A stretch of DNA of 63,504 nucleotides, counting the filler, from Stramenopiles sp. TOSAG23-3 (taxonomy: Eukaryota), in the NCBI GenBank assembly GCA_900128585.1. It is 9 parts of 9 records of this genome, joined end to end, with 100 filler letters (N's around TTAATTAATTAA, not from the genome) between each part and the next. Parts side by side here need not be neighbours in the genome. Positions count along the whole stretch, not along the records: positions 38,990 to 46,676 come from LT643117.1; positions 46,777 to 54,462 come from LT643118.1; positions 54,563 to 62,229 come from LT643119.1; 6 more parts are not named here. One strand, written 5' to 3'. This document shows positions 41,056 through 54,726 of this stretch, piece by piece. Each line of letters starts with the position of its first letter. The first letter of the stretch is position 1. A program made the position numbers and the translations under genes. The notes below the pieces were generated by a model, which ran no database searches, had not been told where the DNA came from, and saw nothing but the letters and a program-made list of their open reading frames with translations.

Positions 41056-42138
41056 ATGAAGTTCACGTTAGTCACCATAGCGGGCCTGGTGGGTGCCGCC
41101 GCGGTGGGCGCCAGCGCCGCCCCCGCCTCCTCGGCCTTGCGAGGGAACTCCTTTTTAACCAACTTTATGGAAGTCCAGGCACGGACAACCCTGAGTGCGG
41201 CGCTAGAAAACCGCCTCGAAGGGACCAGGTCCACCACGAGCATGACGTGCGAGTGGTACTTTAGTTGCGCCCAGTGCGCCACCGTCGCCAACTGCGGCTG
41301 GTGCAACGACTGCGGGCGCTGCGTCGAGGGCGGGACCACCGGCCCGGCCGAGACGAACTGCCTGTCCTGGGACCACCAGGAGTGCTCCGGGAAGGACGGG
41401 TTCGACGACGAGATGCTCAAGTCCAACCAGGACGAGCTCAAGGAGCGCTCCAAGTTAGTATCCCAGTGGAAGTTAGAGCGGGCCGCATTCGTCATGGCGA
41501 AGGACAACATTGCCCGGATCGAGGCGACCATCGCGAAGGGCAAGCAGTCCGGGGCCCAGGGGAAGGGCGAGGCCGCGGAGTCCAAGCAAAAGCTGTTCCC
41601 GGCCGAGACCGCGAAGAAGAGCGCGGAGAGCGACTGCAAGACCCTGACCAAGCTGGCCAACATGGCCAAGAACGACCTGGCGGCCACGGAGAAGTCCCTC
41701 AAGGACACCGAGGGCGCGCTGGCCGCGGTCGCCAAGAAGATCGGCGAGAGCACCGACGACGACGAGAAGCTGCGCCTCAAGGGCGAGCGCGAGACCCTCA
41801 CCAAGCAGGCCACCCAGTACAAGACCGGCAGGGAGGCCCAGCGGGAGAAGACCGAGAAGGCCTCGGAGAAGGCCCAAGCACGGTGCCAGGCCGCCGACGC
41901 GGCCACGGGGGAGTTGAAGGCCGCCGAGAAGGACGCATCCGCCGCGAAGGACGACTCGAAAAGTAGAAACGATTTATTAGACATGCAGGAGACCATGCTC
42001 CTCGCCGCGAAGGCGGAGATGTCGCGCAGCAAAGCCGCCGCCGCGACCCTTAGCAAGAAAGTACAGGGTTTGACCAAGAAATTGGCCGACATTCGAAGTG
42101 CCAAACAAGCCAACGGGAAGAGGTGTTCCAGGAAGTAA
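41056..42138 (+). CDS. Secreted PSI-domain plus long coiled-coil protein
   Basis: Signal peptide; PSI motif CEWYFSCAQCATVANCGWCNDCGRCVEG...GP...C..W....C; Ala/Lys/Glu heptads. Confidence 0.8.
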   Translation: MKFTLVTIAGLVGAAAVGASAAPASSALRGNSFLTNFMEVQARTTLSAALENRLEGTRSTTSMTCEWYFSCAQCATVANCGWCNDCGRCVEGGTTGPAETNCLSWDHQECSGKDGFDDEMLKSNQDELKERSKLVSQWKLERAAFVMAKDNIARIEATIAKGKQSGAQGKGEAAESKQKLFPAETAKKSAESDCKTLTKLANMAKNDLAATEKSLKDTEGALAAVAKKIGESTDDDEKLRLKGERETLTKQATQYKTGREAQREKTEKASEKAQARCQAADAATGELKAAEKDASAAKDDSKSRNDLLDMQETMLLAAKAEMSRSKAAAATLSKKVQGLTKKLADIRSAKQANGKRCSRK

Positions 42139-42804
42139 AAGGGGGGGAAGAGAGAGAGAGACGGGGGGAAAGAATTTATATAAATAAACAAGAAAAGAGA
42201 AAAAATACACAATAATTCTTAATTCGTACATTCATCTCCCCATTTGATTTTTGACTGTTGTTTGTTCAGCAGTTATTCTACACTTTGGTTCCAGTGTTCC
42301 AGTTCGTTCAATTATGTGATGGACAGTAATATAGTGGAATAATATAGTCTAATAAGTACAAATAAAAATAAATAACCTGAGAACATGATATAAGAACAAC
42401 CGTTATACCAAGAAGAAGAAGAAGAAGAAGAAAGATAGATATATAGAAGAATAAAAAAAAATAAAAAAAAATATAATAAAACAACAAGGACACAACAGGA
42501 AGAAGATGGAAGGAAAAACAATAAATCAAAAAAAAAAAAAAAAAAAGTATTAAAATTTTATTATTATATATTTAAATACAAAACAAACTCCCAACAATTA
42601 GCAATGAGGGGACTAAGTAATAACATTTTTAACAATGTCAATCAAATAGATTACATCCCATATCATTTCATCCCACGTTTTCACTTACGCGGTGCATGGT
42701 TTGTATTTTGTTTGGACTTTCATCATCAGAGAGGTCCGTTGGTTAGCTAGGCGGGACGGCAGGCAGAGGCGTATCGGTCCCACCCTCAAGCTGGAGGCAA
42801 AAGG

Positions 42805-45800
42805 ATGGAAGTTAACCATGGTTTCCAGTACGTGCACTCCTTCGAGAAGCACCAAAACGCTGGGATAAAGCAAGTCGTCTACAACAAGCACACGAAAAAG
42901 TACGTTTCGCTGGACCAGAAGGGGATGAGAATGTGGGACATGAACAGGGAGCAGAAAATAGTAAAGTTCAAAAAGGACAATTTCATACAGGCCTTGGTCT
43001 ACCTGGAGACCCGGCAGGTGTACCTCGCGGCCGCGCTCGACATGAGCATCAAGGTCTACAACCATAACCTGGAGAAGGTCCGTCTCTCCAGCACGCAGCC
43101 GGACATCTCCATTGAAGAGCGGGCCATCACCTCCATGGTCTACGACTACAACACGGAGACCCTGGTCACGGGGAGCGTCACGGGCTGCCACATATGGAAT
43201 TTTAGAGGGAGCCGGTACAAGCGGGCCGGGAAGACCGCCCAGTACGCCCTGGACTGGCTCGACCGGTTCCCTGGCTCCGACAACAAGTGGATCCACCGGG
43301 TCGACTTCGGACCGGTAACCCAGAACCCCATCGAGCCGAACTGCGAGAGCCGCCGCATCCATTGCTCCTACGACAACAACATTCTGGTCTACGACCTGAG
43401 CAAGAACATCAAGTCTCGGTGCATCTACCACACCCTTACCAAGCGGCTGAAGGCGGGGGACCGCGTCGAGGCGAAGATGGGAAGCGGCGTTGGGTACGTT
43501 CCTGGCACTGTCGTGAGCGTCACCAACGTAATTTCCAGCGCCGCCGTGGGCCAGCTGCTCGAAACGTACGAGATCGAGTTCTCGGCTGCCACCTGCGCCG
43601 AGAACGGGCGGAGCGGCCCTGTCCGAAAAAAGAACATGCCCGCGAAGGACATCAAGGGGGGGAGGGACGAGACCCTGGAGGACTTGATGCAGACGTACGG
43701 GTTCTCCGAGTCCCAGTTTAGGACGTGGAACGACATGATCACGGGTAAGCCAATACTGAACAACTCGTACGTCGTCAGCTTCACCCCGCACAAAATCGAA
43801 AAGCTGAGCGACCTGCGGGGCCTTCACAACCACAGCATCACGGGCGTCGTGCGGAACGAGATGCTGGGGTACCTGGTCACCTCGGCCCTGGACCTGGAGA
43901 TCAAAGTGTGGAACATCGCCAACGACTACTCGGTCGTGAAGGTCTTGGACGGGCACGCGAGGCCCGTCAGCGCCCTGGTCCCCCACCCAACGCCCGGGCT
44001 TGTGATTTCCGGCGGGATGGACTGCACGATCCGAGTCTGGAGCCTTCACACGCTCAAGGAAGAGTACGTTATGGAAACGCAGGCCCCGGTGGCCAACTGC
44101 GGGTACGCGTTCGTCCAGCCGGCGCAGAACAACCTCCCCGTGGGGCACCTGGTGACCGTGATCGGGCCCACCATAGTGATCTGGAACCACCACACGCTTA
44201 CGAACCTGTTCGCCGTCGTGCGCTCCCCGCCCGTCCTTATCCGGCCGACGGGCGACGCCGGCGACCGCGTCTTTGTCTGCTGCCACGACTGCAGCGCGCG
44301 CGTGCTCAAGGGGAGCAACGGCGACGTGTGCAACACGCTGCTGCCGGACGACGCGGCCACCCTGATGCGCAGGGTAATCTACAGCGAGACCCTCCACCGC
44401 TACTTTGGGCTCTTGCAGAGCGGCCAAATTTTTGTGTACAGTTCCAAGACGCCGACCGCGTCCTTGGCCGGCCGCTGGGCCGAAGACGTGCTGCGGCACG
44501 GGGATTTTCCGACGAGCATCTGCCTCACCAGCTCGGTGAAGGTCTTGAACCGCACCAGAAGGGAGTACCACGGCCCCGTCAACCACCACGAGCGCGAGGG
44601 AATGGGCAGCCCCGTGGCGGCGCCCGTGAAGGCCGTGGCGGCGCCCACGGAGTACGCCCCGTCGAGCGGGGGCGAAAGCCCCGAGTTCATCGTGGCGGGG
44701 ACCTCGAGGGGGTACTTGATGGTCTGGGACGCCTCCGGGGATGGCGAGATGTTCACCAACTTTCCGATTCACAAGGACGAGGTGACCGACGTTCACTTTC
44801 AACGGTCGCTGAAGCTCGTGGTGTGCTTCGTGAAGAACGAGCTGCTCCTACTTGTAGATATTCGCACGGAGCAGTGCGTTCGAACGGCCAGCCTGACCGA
44901 GGCAGAGACGGTGCCTCGGGCCATCAGCTGCATCCAGATGTCCGCCAAGCAGCCCCTCATGTTCCTTGGCTTGTCCACGGGAAGTTTTGACTTGCTGGAC
45001 CTGGCGACTGGGGCGCGGCCCGCCAAGGCGGGGGGCTTCCAGCACAAGAAGGCTATCCTAGTCGCAAGCTTTCTGGACCGCTTCCAGCTGCTTGCCACCG
45101 GCGGAATGGACTGCATCATAAAGGTGTGGGAGAGCTCCACCATGCAGCTGCTGACGGAGATTCCGTTTCCCAACCCGGTCCGCGCCCTCTCTTTCTTTCG
45201 GCTTCGTGGCGACCTGCTGGTCGGGGACCGGAACGACATCTCCATGATTCGGTCCACCGCGTACCATCTTCCAAAGCTGCTGTTGAACTTGAAGCGGGGC
45301 GCGTCCGAAACGGACGATGGCCCCCGGCCCAGCGACGCGCCGGCGCCAGCCGCACAGCCGACGGAGGCCGAACGGAAGGACAAGATCATAGAAGAGGACA
45401 TTGCCATGTGGCAGAAAATACTGTCCCCGGCAGCGTTTTCGAAGAAAATCACGAAAACGGGCCGTATCCGGAACCGGGCGAGGGCGTCCCCCGCCGGCGT
45501 CGTTTGCGAGGAAGGCCTCGACGTGTTCGACAGCGCTGTGCTCACCGGCGCGGACGACTTTTTCTCGAAGGAGACGTTGCCGGACGCGGCGGCGCCCCTC
45601 GAGCGTGCCCCCAAGAGCCGGGCGAATGCGCTTGGAACCATCGTTCGAAAGAAGAAGAAGAAAACGAAACCGCGAAAGTTTAGAATGCCGCCCCCGCCCG
45701 ACTACCCCCGCCCCCCGTCGGTTCCCCCCCCCCCCCCTCCCACGGAAGCAGGCCCGCCCACCCGGGGAGGGTAATGATGAACTTGCAGCAGCAGTACAAC

Positions 45801-46190
45801 ATGCTGCAAAGCGCGAACGGGGAGGACCCCTTGCATGCGGGAGGACTTACCGTCCGATCGTGCGCGTACGGGAGGACCCCTACCCCGTCCAACAATCGCC
45901 CCAATCCGACGGAAAGCATGAGCGAACGCTTGGCAAGGATGGTGGACGAGAAGCACAAGGGTGCCAACGACGAGGAAAAAGTGGAGAGACTAAAAATTAT
46001 CCACATCGACATGGAGTCCGCGTCCCGAAGTGTTCAAATCGAGACAAAGTTTCGGAGGGCGAAAAGGAAGAGCAGAAAGAAGGTGGGGAGCCGTACGAAC
46101 AGTGTGACTGGTCTTCCCCGAGTCTACCAGCTGCCCCCCAGCAAAGCGCCATTTGTTCCCACTGCAGAACCGTGGACCACAATCAGTTGA
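42805..46190 (+). CDS. WD40-repeat protein (WDR87/WDR97-like) with Tudor-like and LysM-like insert; apparent frameshift at C14 (45724-45737)
   Basis: Multiple GH..WD-type repeats (LDLEIKVWN, GHARPV..GGMDCTIRVWS, GGMDCIIKVWE). ORF 42805-45774 continues into ORF 45774-46190 if the C-run is 12 or 15 nt. Confidence 0.8.
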
Positions 46191-46776
46191 TATGGAATGT
46201 GGGCGGTGTTTATACAGGACAATTAAACCATGCAGTATATATATAACAAATATGTTAATTTAGCAAACAATAATATTCAACAAGAAGAAGAATACCGTAC
46301 CTGTACCTGGTACCTAAGGTACCTTACAGGCACCAGGTCCCGTGCGTTCCCTACCCTAGTCTATATTTTATAGGAGGTGACATAGCATTCAATAAGATAG
46401 GTGGTGATGAGCATAATATATTTCTTTTTATAAATATTTTTATTATAATTTTTTTGTTTTTTTTCCTTCTCTTCTTCTTCTTTGTGTGTTCTTGTTGTTT
46501 GTATCTTCTTCTTCTAAATAATAAAATATAATAAAACCATCATCATCATATCCACAACAATGAATTTATATAATAAATACATCTTCTTCTTTCTTCTTTC
46601 TTCTTTCTTCTTCTTCTTCTTTCTTCTTCTCCTTCTTCTTCTTCTTCTTCTTCTTCTTCTTCTTTTTTTATTGTGTNNNNNNNNNNNNNNNNNNNNNNNN
46701 NNNNNNNNNNNNNNNNNNNNTTAATTAATTAANNNNNNNNNNNNNNNNNNNNNNNNNNNNNNNNNNNNNNNNNNNN

Positions 46777-49700
46777 TACTCAACAACATAGCAGTTCCTT
46801 TCTTGATCCAGAATGTTGCGTCATAACTACCTACTTTTAAATCTACTGCAACCATAAAACTGGGTCTTTCGCGCGAGCCTGTACGGATTGGATATAAATA
46901 CACTGGGCAACTGTACAAACCTTTAGATTTCCGCTTACTCTCACTTGGTTTGAAATGAACAATAGGCATGTTCGAAACCAATTTCATAGGATCCGCGTCT
47001 GCTAGGTGGCCATTTTCAAAGTCCCATTTGGCACCTTCGATGTAGAGCCCGTATATATACGCACCTTCTTTCGGTAATGCAGTAATTGTTTCAGGTTGCT
47101 GGTTGAGGATTGGAAACTCGAAGGCAATGCTATCAATGGACACCCCATTTTTTCTTGCTGTTGTTTGTAACAACGCCGTTAAAAACCCCGTAGGATACGT
47201 AAACCCAGTCAACCAAAATGCAGTTGGCATTTTATCCTTGGCCCACTTTTTCATCTGGTCCAGTCGTTGTTTAAGATCATTCATCCATGAACCAAGCCCC
47301 TTCAAAGACGGGTAACAGAATGCCCACGTGCCAGGAACGGTGGCTTGAAGAAGGGACGTACATACGGCTTCTAGTTCGGTTGTAATTACAACAAACCCTT
47401 GCACACCAAGCTGTACATCGTTCAGCTGCTTTGTAACAGCCGTGATCAGCCCGTTGTAACGCTCCAGTTCTTGCATCAAAGTCGTCTTTAAAGGATCGGG
47501 GTCCTCTCTACCTTCCAGACCTTCTTCGATGATAAGCAAATCAAATGGTGCTGCCATTTGAGCTTCTAATTCTCCCGCTAAGCGCAACACCATTTCATCG
47601 GGGCCTTCACCGGCTGTAGAAGCGGTCGCGGGCTGGAGGGCCAAGCAGGTTGCAAAGAACTCTTTAACCGTTACTTGATTGGACGATACCTCCGCGTTTG
47701 AATGTTGCCCAAACGCCATCGGAGCATCCGATTTCGGCAACTTGTCGATGTACTGCATATAATGGGTTTTGTCGCCATTTTCGGGTATGTAATACTCGGC
47801 CAACTCGGACACAGGAAACCGTTTGATAGAAATAGCATCCTCGCAAAAGAATTGGCTAATGTAAACATTGAGCAAGCGGCGGTCCCAGCTATCTGTCACT
47901 CGTCCTCCATAGTTTGCTTCTGCGATCAAATAACGCAAGGCCGCGAATGGCGTTTTCTCCGGGTATTCATCGATGTAAATTCGCAAGATACTCTCACATA
48001 TTTGAAAGTCAGAGTTGTTAAACTCATACGGGATATTCCACCCCAACGCTTTAAACTTTCTTCGCTCTAATATCAATGCGTGGAACCACACTAATGAGAA
48101 TAACAATTTTTTGTATTTGGGTTTCACAGCTTCTTGGCAAGCCTCAAAATCCTCCTCTGCTACAAGACGATACAACCGTGCAAGGTTGGTTTGCAATCCC
48201 TGGGGCGGCTCGGTGGTCATCTTGATCCCCCCCTGCAATATCGAGATAGGAAAGTCAGGGTGAGGACTACTGGAAAGCCACAGTCGAAAATCATCGTGTG
48301 GTACCACGTTGGATACAAAATTATCTATTAACTTTTCAAGAGCTGGCATCCAGCTAATAGACAAATGGCAATTTGCTAAATATTTAAAACCACCATGTGT
48401 AATACCATCTTCGATCATTCGCGTTGCTATTGGAGCTTGACCTTGCCCCAAGGCAACCGACTCGAGGTCAAGCTCCAAGTTGTCGGCCAGCACTTGGATT
48501 TGGTTCTGGGGGTCCACACCGGGGGATAAAATGAAAATTAAGGGGGTGCGCGTACTCGAAGACTCAAACACCATGTTCATATCAAATGGGGGAGGCTCTG
48601 TAAACTCAGCACCCATGTTTGTTGAAACGAACTTGGCGCACATAAGCAGGGCCCGATCAGGCCGAATGTAGCGAACTACTAGCAGGCGTTGTAGTTCGTT
48701 TAATTTGTTATCCCATTCCCCAGGAAATGGTAATGTTTCTGGGGCAGAATCCATAAAAAACGCTTTCCACGCTTCCAGTTTTTCTTCGAATGCTATTTCA
48801 AAGCCTTCAAATACCTCAAGTTTCGCCAGCTCGCACACACTGTCCCACAAGGTTATAGGAATCCAGTCTGGGCTAGGATTATTTCTTTGATCGGAACGAT
48901 CAAGTACTTTGGCACCTGAAAGCAGTGCCGCAAACTCTGCGGCTGGAATCTTCTTGTCTTTCAACATAATTTTGGTGCACATCTGGAAAGACAACAAGAT
49001 TTTGTGCCGTTCAAACAACCCCAAACAAGTTGTTTTGTATACTGCTAGCGTATGGTAATCTATCATTTCCCGCAGACGAATGCTGAGTTCAGGCTTTACC
49101 CCAGTTTTGTCGCGACTCCTTTCTATTGAAGTAAGGAAGAGAGCAACATAAGACGGCAACGAAAACTGGTACATAGGGTCCACGGCTGCTAAATCGCTTA
49201 AAATAAAATACAGCAGCGCGGCCCGTACTGAAATTGGCCGATACCCCTGTCGCGCCAGATCAATTTGTTGTTCCGTTTCTTCCGCAATTTCAAGCTGCTC
49301 TGTAACTTCTATTGATGTAGTCTTGGAGACCTGCAACACGTCGACAAGGTTAGCATCGTCTAGTAACGAGCCTTGGGCAGATGATAGCAGGTGCAGGATT
49401 TCATCTTCCAACTCGGTCAGCTTCTTCTTCCCTGCTGCTACTCTTAATACCAACTCGCTCTTTTGAATTTCGAGTTTCGGCTGCTCCTCTTGCACCACAA
49501 TTCCTAATAGCTGCGCCTCTAAACCTTCCTCTTTCACACAGAAGTTAATAATAGTTACTTTGGTTGATATTTCCGGTGAATAATGAGGGTTTTGCAATTT
49601 CGTGGTCATGTAGAATTTAAAATTCTTATCGTAATCCAGTTCTTTGTCTCCTAGCTTCAGAATTTCTCGATTTCCTACTTTAATTACCGCTTTGCCTAAC

Positions 49701-52700
49701 ACGGGTGCAAGAGAAGGGTCTAACGTTTCGAGGACATCTTGCATGAGATAGGCGAAGCCAAACTGAATAGCATTTTCTAGCTCTCGCAGAAAATCTGGCA
49801 TGAGAAGATCGCACACTTTGAGTTGCCCGCCCTCCATATTCTTTATCCACCTATTCGCTTGCCCTTGCGGATCAATCATTAAAGCCCATCGCCGCCCCCT
49901 CGTCACGATGACCCCGTTTTCTGTTGAAAATGAATCTTGGGGTAATCCCTGAATATTCCAATCGCGGACGTCGGTCGGTTTTGCTAAAAAGTCAGAAAAC
50001 GAAAACGACGGCGTATGCGGCAAAGCTTGACTTTTGACATTCTTTTGCCACCGAGAGACGAGATCGATTCTATAATCGGAATCAAAAGGTCCACAGTAAG
50101 ACCCAAATGCGGCTGCAATCATGGCATCACCGATAACATTTTCAATTGAGATATCAAATTGACCTACGGATATTTCCCATCGCTCGCGTTCTCCAGCAAG
50201 GCCGCCAACAAGTTTATCGGCCCTGTCAAGCTTCATTTCTAAACTCTCCGCTTCGTCCCGCAGTCTATTTTTTTCTCCAACGCTTGTATCGTATCTGTCT
50301 TGCAGCTCTTGAACTTGAGCAATTACTTCCGCTAACTTCGCTTTTGCCTCCGCAAGGGCGGCTTCGGATTTGGCGAGGCCTTTCATTGCAGCCTTCAATT
50401 TTGCCCTCTTAGGGGCAACCTCCATGGCAACCGTAGCGTAAGTTTCCATTGCTCTCACCCAAATGCATAATGCTGCCGCCGCGACGGATTTTTTCTTGAC
50501 CGCTTCATACTGAAATTCTGGTTTGGCGCAATACTTTCTGATTTTGTTCAACGTACTTTTAGGAATGTTGTCTTTGTCATACGTTTTTACCTGATTCAAA
50601 AAGTCTGGTTCCGATATCTTTCCCTTTGCTGTTTTCCAATCAGTTTTCATTTTGAACAAAACCATACATGCTCCGAGGACCATGATAACCGCGTCTGGCG
50701 GCGTTGCGAAACTTTTAATTTCTGAAATTGAACTTTTTTCTAGTTTATCAACTTCAATCATGGCCTGTTGCAACGCCGGTAAAGCAACGCCGAGGTCTCT
50801 TTCTGCGCTTGCTGCGATAGCGTTTGCCTCTGCTGCTTCTACGGAGATACGGGCACTGTCAGCTTCAACCTTCTTTTGCTTGTCATCTGCCGCCCGCTTT
50901 TCTTGTACAATCACTACCAGCAGTTCTTCGCAATCTTTTTGTGACTGGGCTACAACAACCTTCTTTTTTGCCAGTTCGACTGACATAATTTCTACTTGCT
51001 CAGCACCTTCCACAAGTTTAGCGGTTCCCCCTGCCAACCTGTCTCGTCTCCCTTTCAATTCCACCCGCTTCTCCTCCAGAAGATCTCTGTACCCTTTGAC
51101 CAATTCCAGGTAACTCGTGGGAGTAATATATATGTTACGGCGCCATTGTGCAAGCATTCTCGTGGAGGCCTCGGCGGTATCTTCATGCGCCATCGCAAAC
51201 ATTGCAGCTAGTTTTGGTTTGAATGTATCGTCTTTAATGTCCGTCGCCTCCAGAAATTTCAATGCGACCTCTTTTAGCGCCGCAGCTGGCCAAGGAAAAA
51301 AGAAATCAACTGTCGTGCAACTGACAAATGCTGGATACATTCGACATCGATTACGGAAAGCATCTCCGATTGGACTCATGCACAAGACAATGTGCAGATT
51401 GTGACGAACTCTTCGCATAAAATATGCCCATAATTCTGGGCCCGTTTCAGGGCAACCATCTTTCACAGCTGCTGTTCGAACGCCGTCGTAAATAGGGGCT
51501 TTTTCTTCTTCTGGGAATAAGTTTGGCACCACCCCACTACTGAGAATATTGTTTATATCCTCCAAAAAGCTGGTTTCTTTAACCTGGGTATCTGTAAATA
51601 AAAATACTGTCGGTTGGTTTTCCACGCCTGCCTGAACATACATTTTCTTGATATCCTCATGAAACTCCAAGGAGCGGTACGTTTTGGTAATTTCTATTTG
51701 AAACACCTTGAACCCTGATATGAATGATCCCAATCGCGTGAGAGATTGTCTACCACTCCCCCCGACGCCCACCAGTAGCGCGTTTCCTCTGGGCTGGGCA
51801 ATAACCCTCGATATACGGGTGATATGCAGTAGGGCGTCTCGAAAAATTACCAGGTCCATAGGAATATAACCAGGCTCCATATTGTAGTCTTCTAGTTTTT
51901 CGTCAACAAGAGCTTTTAACGCATTGATGTCAATGACTTCTTCATATGGTGATGGACCGTCGCCTACTGGCTCCGTTAAGAAGTCCACAAAAACGGGGCC
52001 TATGTTTGGCTCAACAAGAGCTGACATCAGGTCATCCCATTTTGAGTCGAATTGAGTCTCCAGCATACCTTGCATAATCGTTCCAAATTTGCCTAAATCG
52101 GAAAAATCAACCAACCGATCTCCGAAGACCCTGTAAGTTTCGTGGGTCCACAGACGAATGATGCCCTCTTTCGTATCAATAAAGTTACTGTCGGCATAGC
52201 ACATTCCTTGCACTACTTTTGCAATGTCGCGCATATTGAAGAGGTAGTGACATTTTGCAGGAGTGGGAAGGAAGTCATCAAGCATTTTATTGTAGACTAA
52301 GACGGTTGCAGCGATGAAATTCTTAGTCAAAGGCTTTATGTCCTCTCCGTATTCTGCAAGTTTTGGCGTCAGAATAGACTCGAATATCTGTCGAACTTGT
52401 TCATCGGCAGCAGCTGTGAAATTAATCATTGACAATCTACTTTGCAATCGCTCTGATATAACAGATCGACCTCCACCGGGAGGACCCATTGCAACTACCA
52501 ACTGCATGTCTAGGATGAAACGCCATTGGCATTTAAGACGGTCATACCAACCTCCATAATCTATCCACTGCCTTAAGATTTCTAACGGTGGTTGTGAGCC
52601 GAACTCGTCTTTCCTTGGCATATTGAAATCGTCAACAAAGCACACTAATTGTTTCCCACCTGGTGGACCATATTTATCTTTCGATCGTTTTTCCATCGAG

Positions 52701-54385
52701 CCTTCGATAATGGCTTGCGCTGAGTTAGATGTGGTGGCAGAAGAAAAATTTACGACCAAAGATCCATGGCTGCTTGGTAACGTTTCCAAGATTTTCTCGG
52801 CCAGCACTGTCTTTCCGCAGCCAGTGTTACCGACTAGGCACACCGCCTGTTTCACTGAAACAAGCTTATTCACAATTGCCATATTCCTGACGGTGTCCAG
52901 CGTTGGCACATAGATCTGGAAAAATTCTGCATTTGGCGGCGGGCGCCTGTTTTGCGGTACCTTATCGTCCCACAATCGGAATTCTTTCCTTTCAACGTCT
53001 ACGAAGTAGTCGTAAACTGTTCTTTGAGGTGGAAACGTCGAATCCATATCCCGAAAGCAATTGTCGATCTTAATCCTACCTCCCTCGTCTGCGGTAGCAC
53101 CAATGCTCCACACAAGACAATATTGAAACCATTTCTCAATGTAGCTGCTATGCCCCTCCGGTAAATCATTGCCGGGAACATCCATATTGTTGTCCTCGTC
53201 TTTGTAGAAAGCTTCAAACAGAGTACAAAACGCAATGACTAAAGCAAAGTCTCTTTGGCCTATGAGTTCCGAGACGAACCGCAACTTGAACCTCAACAGA
53301 GCTCCCATGTATTTTTCAAAAAAACCCTCCATAATTTTGTGTTCAGCCTCATTTTTAAAGAGCTTTCTTAACCAACTTGTGACGTACGGTTGCCATCCTA
53401 AATCAAGGATATCTACGTATACCATACCCGCTCGACTGACTGTTGCTGGCGAAGCAACTGAGAGGTCTTGGACTTCAAATACTAATGACATAAAATCACT
53501 CATTTTGATTCTATCGCCATTAATGAGTGTTAGTTGCTTGTTGTTGTCCATAACGGTGTTCATACTTTCAATCCACAGTGTGTCAACAGGACCATCCAAA
53601 ACGATCCATTTATCAATTGGTTTCTCATCAGTGGCACACATTCGGAATATCGTCGACAACACTCCATCAGCCCATTCCATAGTTGACAGATCGTAGGCAC
53701 CGTACAATTCGTTGAGACTTAATGATTTGGGGTTCAGGCAATAAGGTCTGACAGGCAAATACTGCTTCAACTTATCCTCTTTATTCAGTGCTATCCGCGC
53801 CGCTGCAAGCAACCGCCATGTTGTCGACTTTCCTCCCAATGTAAAACCGACAAGCATATTACAATGCCTAGTCACTTGGGTTTCGTATAATTGAATTGCC
53901 TTTTTAATGATGACGGGGTGTTTTTGCAGACCCATTCTGTCCAATTCACGCTCCAGAGCAACTTGCATTGCCCCGTAGTCGGTGACTGGCAGTTCAAGAC
54001 CTGGGAACAAATCCCCTAACAACAATAAAAACAGGTGCGTGTCTGCCTTTATAAATTTAGGAACATTCATATCGCGCAGAGCTCTGAGCAAAATCAAGTC
54101 TTCTGAAACTGCGCCGTCTTCGCGTTTTAGAGCACCTGCACAAGCAAGAACACTAGCAATTGCACGTAAACCGAAGTCATAATGGTCTTGCTTGGACAAT
54201 TGCTGCGTCATCAAATCGTACAGCGTGGTCGCACGTTTACCCAACGACCGAGCGTCATTAAAGCCCTGGGCGGCAAGCATTACCTCCGCAATTTGTCCCA
54301 TATCTGGAACCATCATGGCGCAAGGCCGGAACATAGCTTTCAAACTGTCTGGTAGCTCTGTGCGTCCAGCATAACCTGGATTCAT
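46777..54385 (-). CDS. DNAH2: Axonemal dynein heavy chain, DNAH2 / inner-arm I1-beta-like (partial)
   Basis: MNPGYAGRTELP, HYDFGLR, DGPVDTLWIESMN, GNTGCGKT, LVGVGGSGRQSL, stalk, IDPQGQAN, ALGQGQ, FPISILQGGIKMTTEPP. 7.6 kb without introns; both ends lost. Confidence 0.9.
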
Positions 54386-54462
54386 GGTTGCAGTAGATTT
54401 AAAAGTAGGTAGTTATGACGCAACATTCTGGATCAAGAAAGGAACTGCTATGTTGTTGAGTA
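54384..54462. repeat. 79-bp inverted copy of 46777-46855 (chimera/assembly artefact)
   Basis: The contig ends are exact reverse complements; dynein 3' sequence is fused in front of MNPGYAGR. Confidence 0.9.
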
Positions 54463-54726
54463 NNNNNNNNNNNNNNNNNNNNNNNNNNNNNNNNNNNNNN
54501 NNNNNNTTAATTAATTAANNNNNNNNNNNNNNNNNNNNNNNNNNNNNNNNNNNNNNNNNNNNTAATTCTATCGAAAGAGGAAGTAAAGAATAAGTCACGC
54601 TGAGATACAACATTTCCTTACGTTTGTACGAATTTAACAAAACAAGCAGACGCGTGAAAAAAATAATAGATTTCGGAGCTTCAACAATAATAAATTGCCC
54701 CCCCTCCTCTTTTTTTACTTCAAGAG

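Noticed and set aside
45724-45737. Programmed frameshift in the WD40 gene
   Set aside because: A C14 homopolymer is far more likely a sequencing length error.
46777-54462. Terminal inverted repeats around the dynein gene suggesting a transposon or linear element
   Set aside because: The repeat is dynein coding sequence itself, exactly 79 bp like the other case; artefact.
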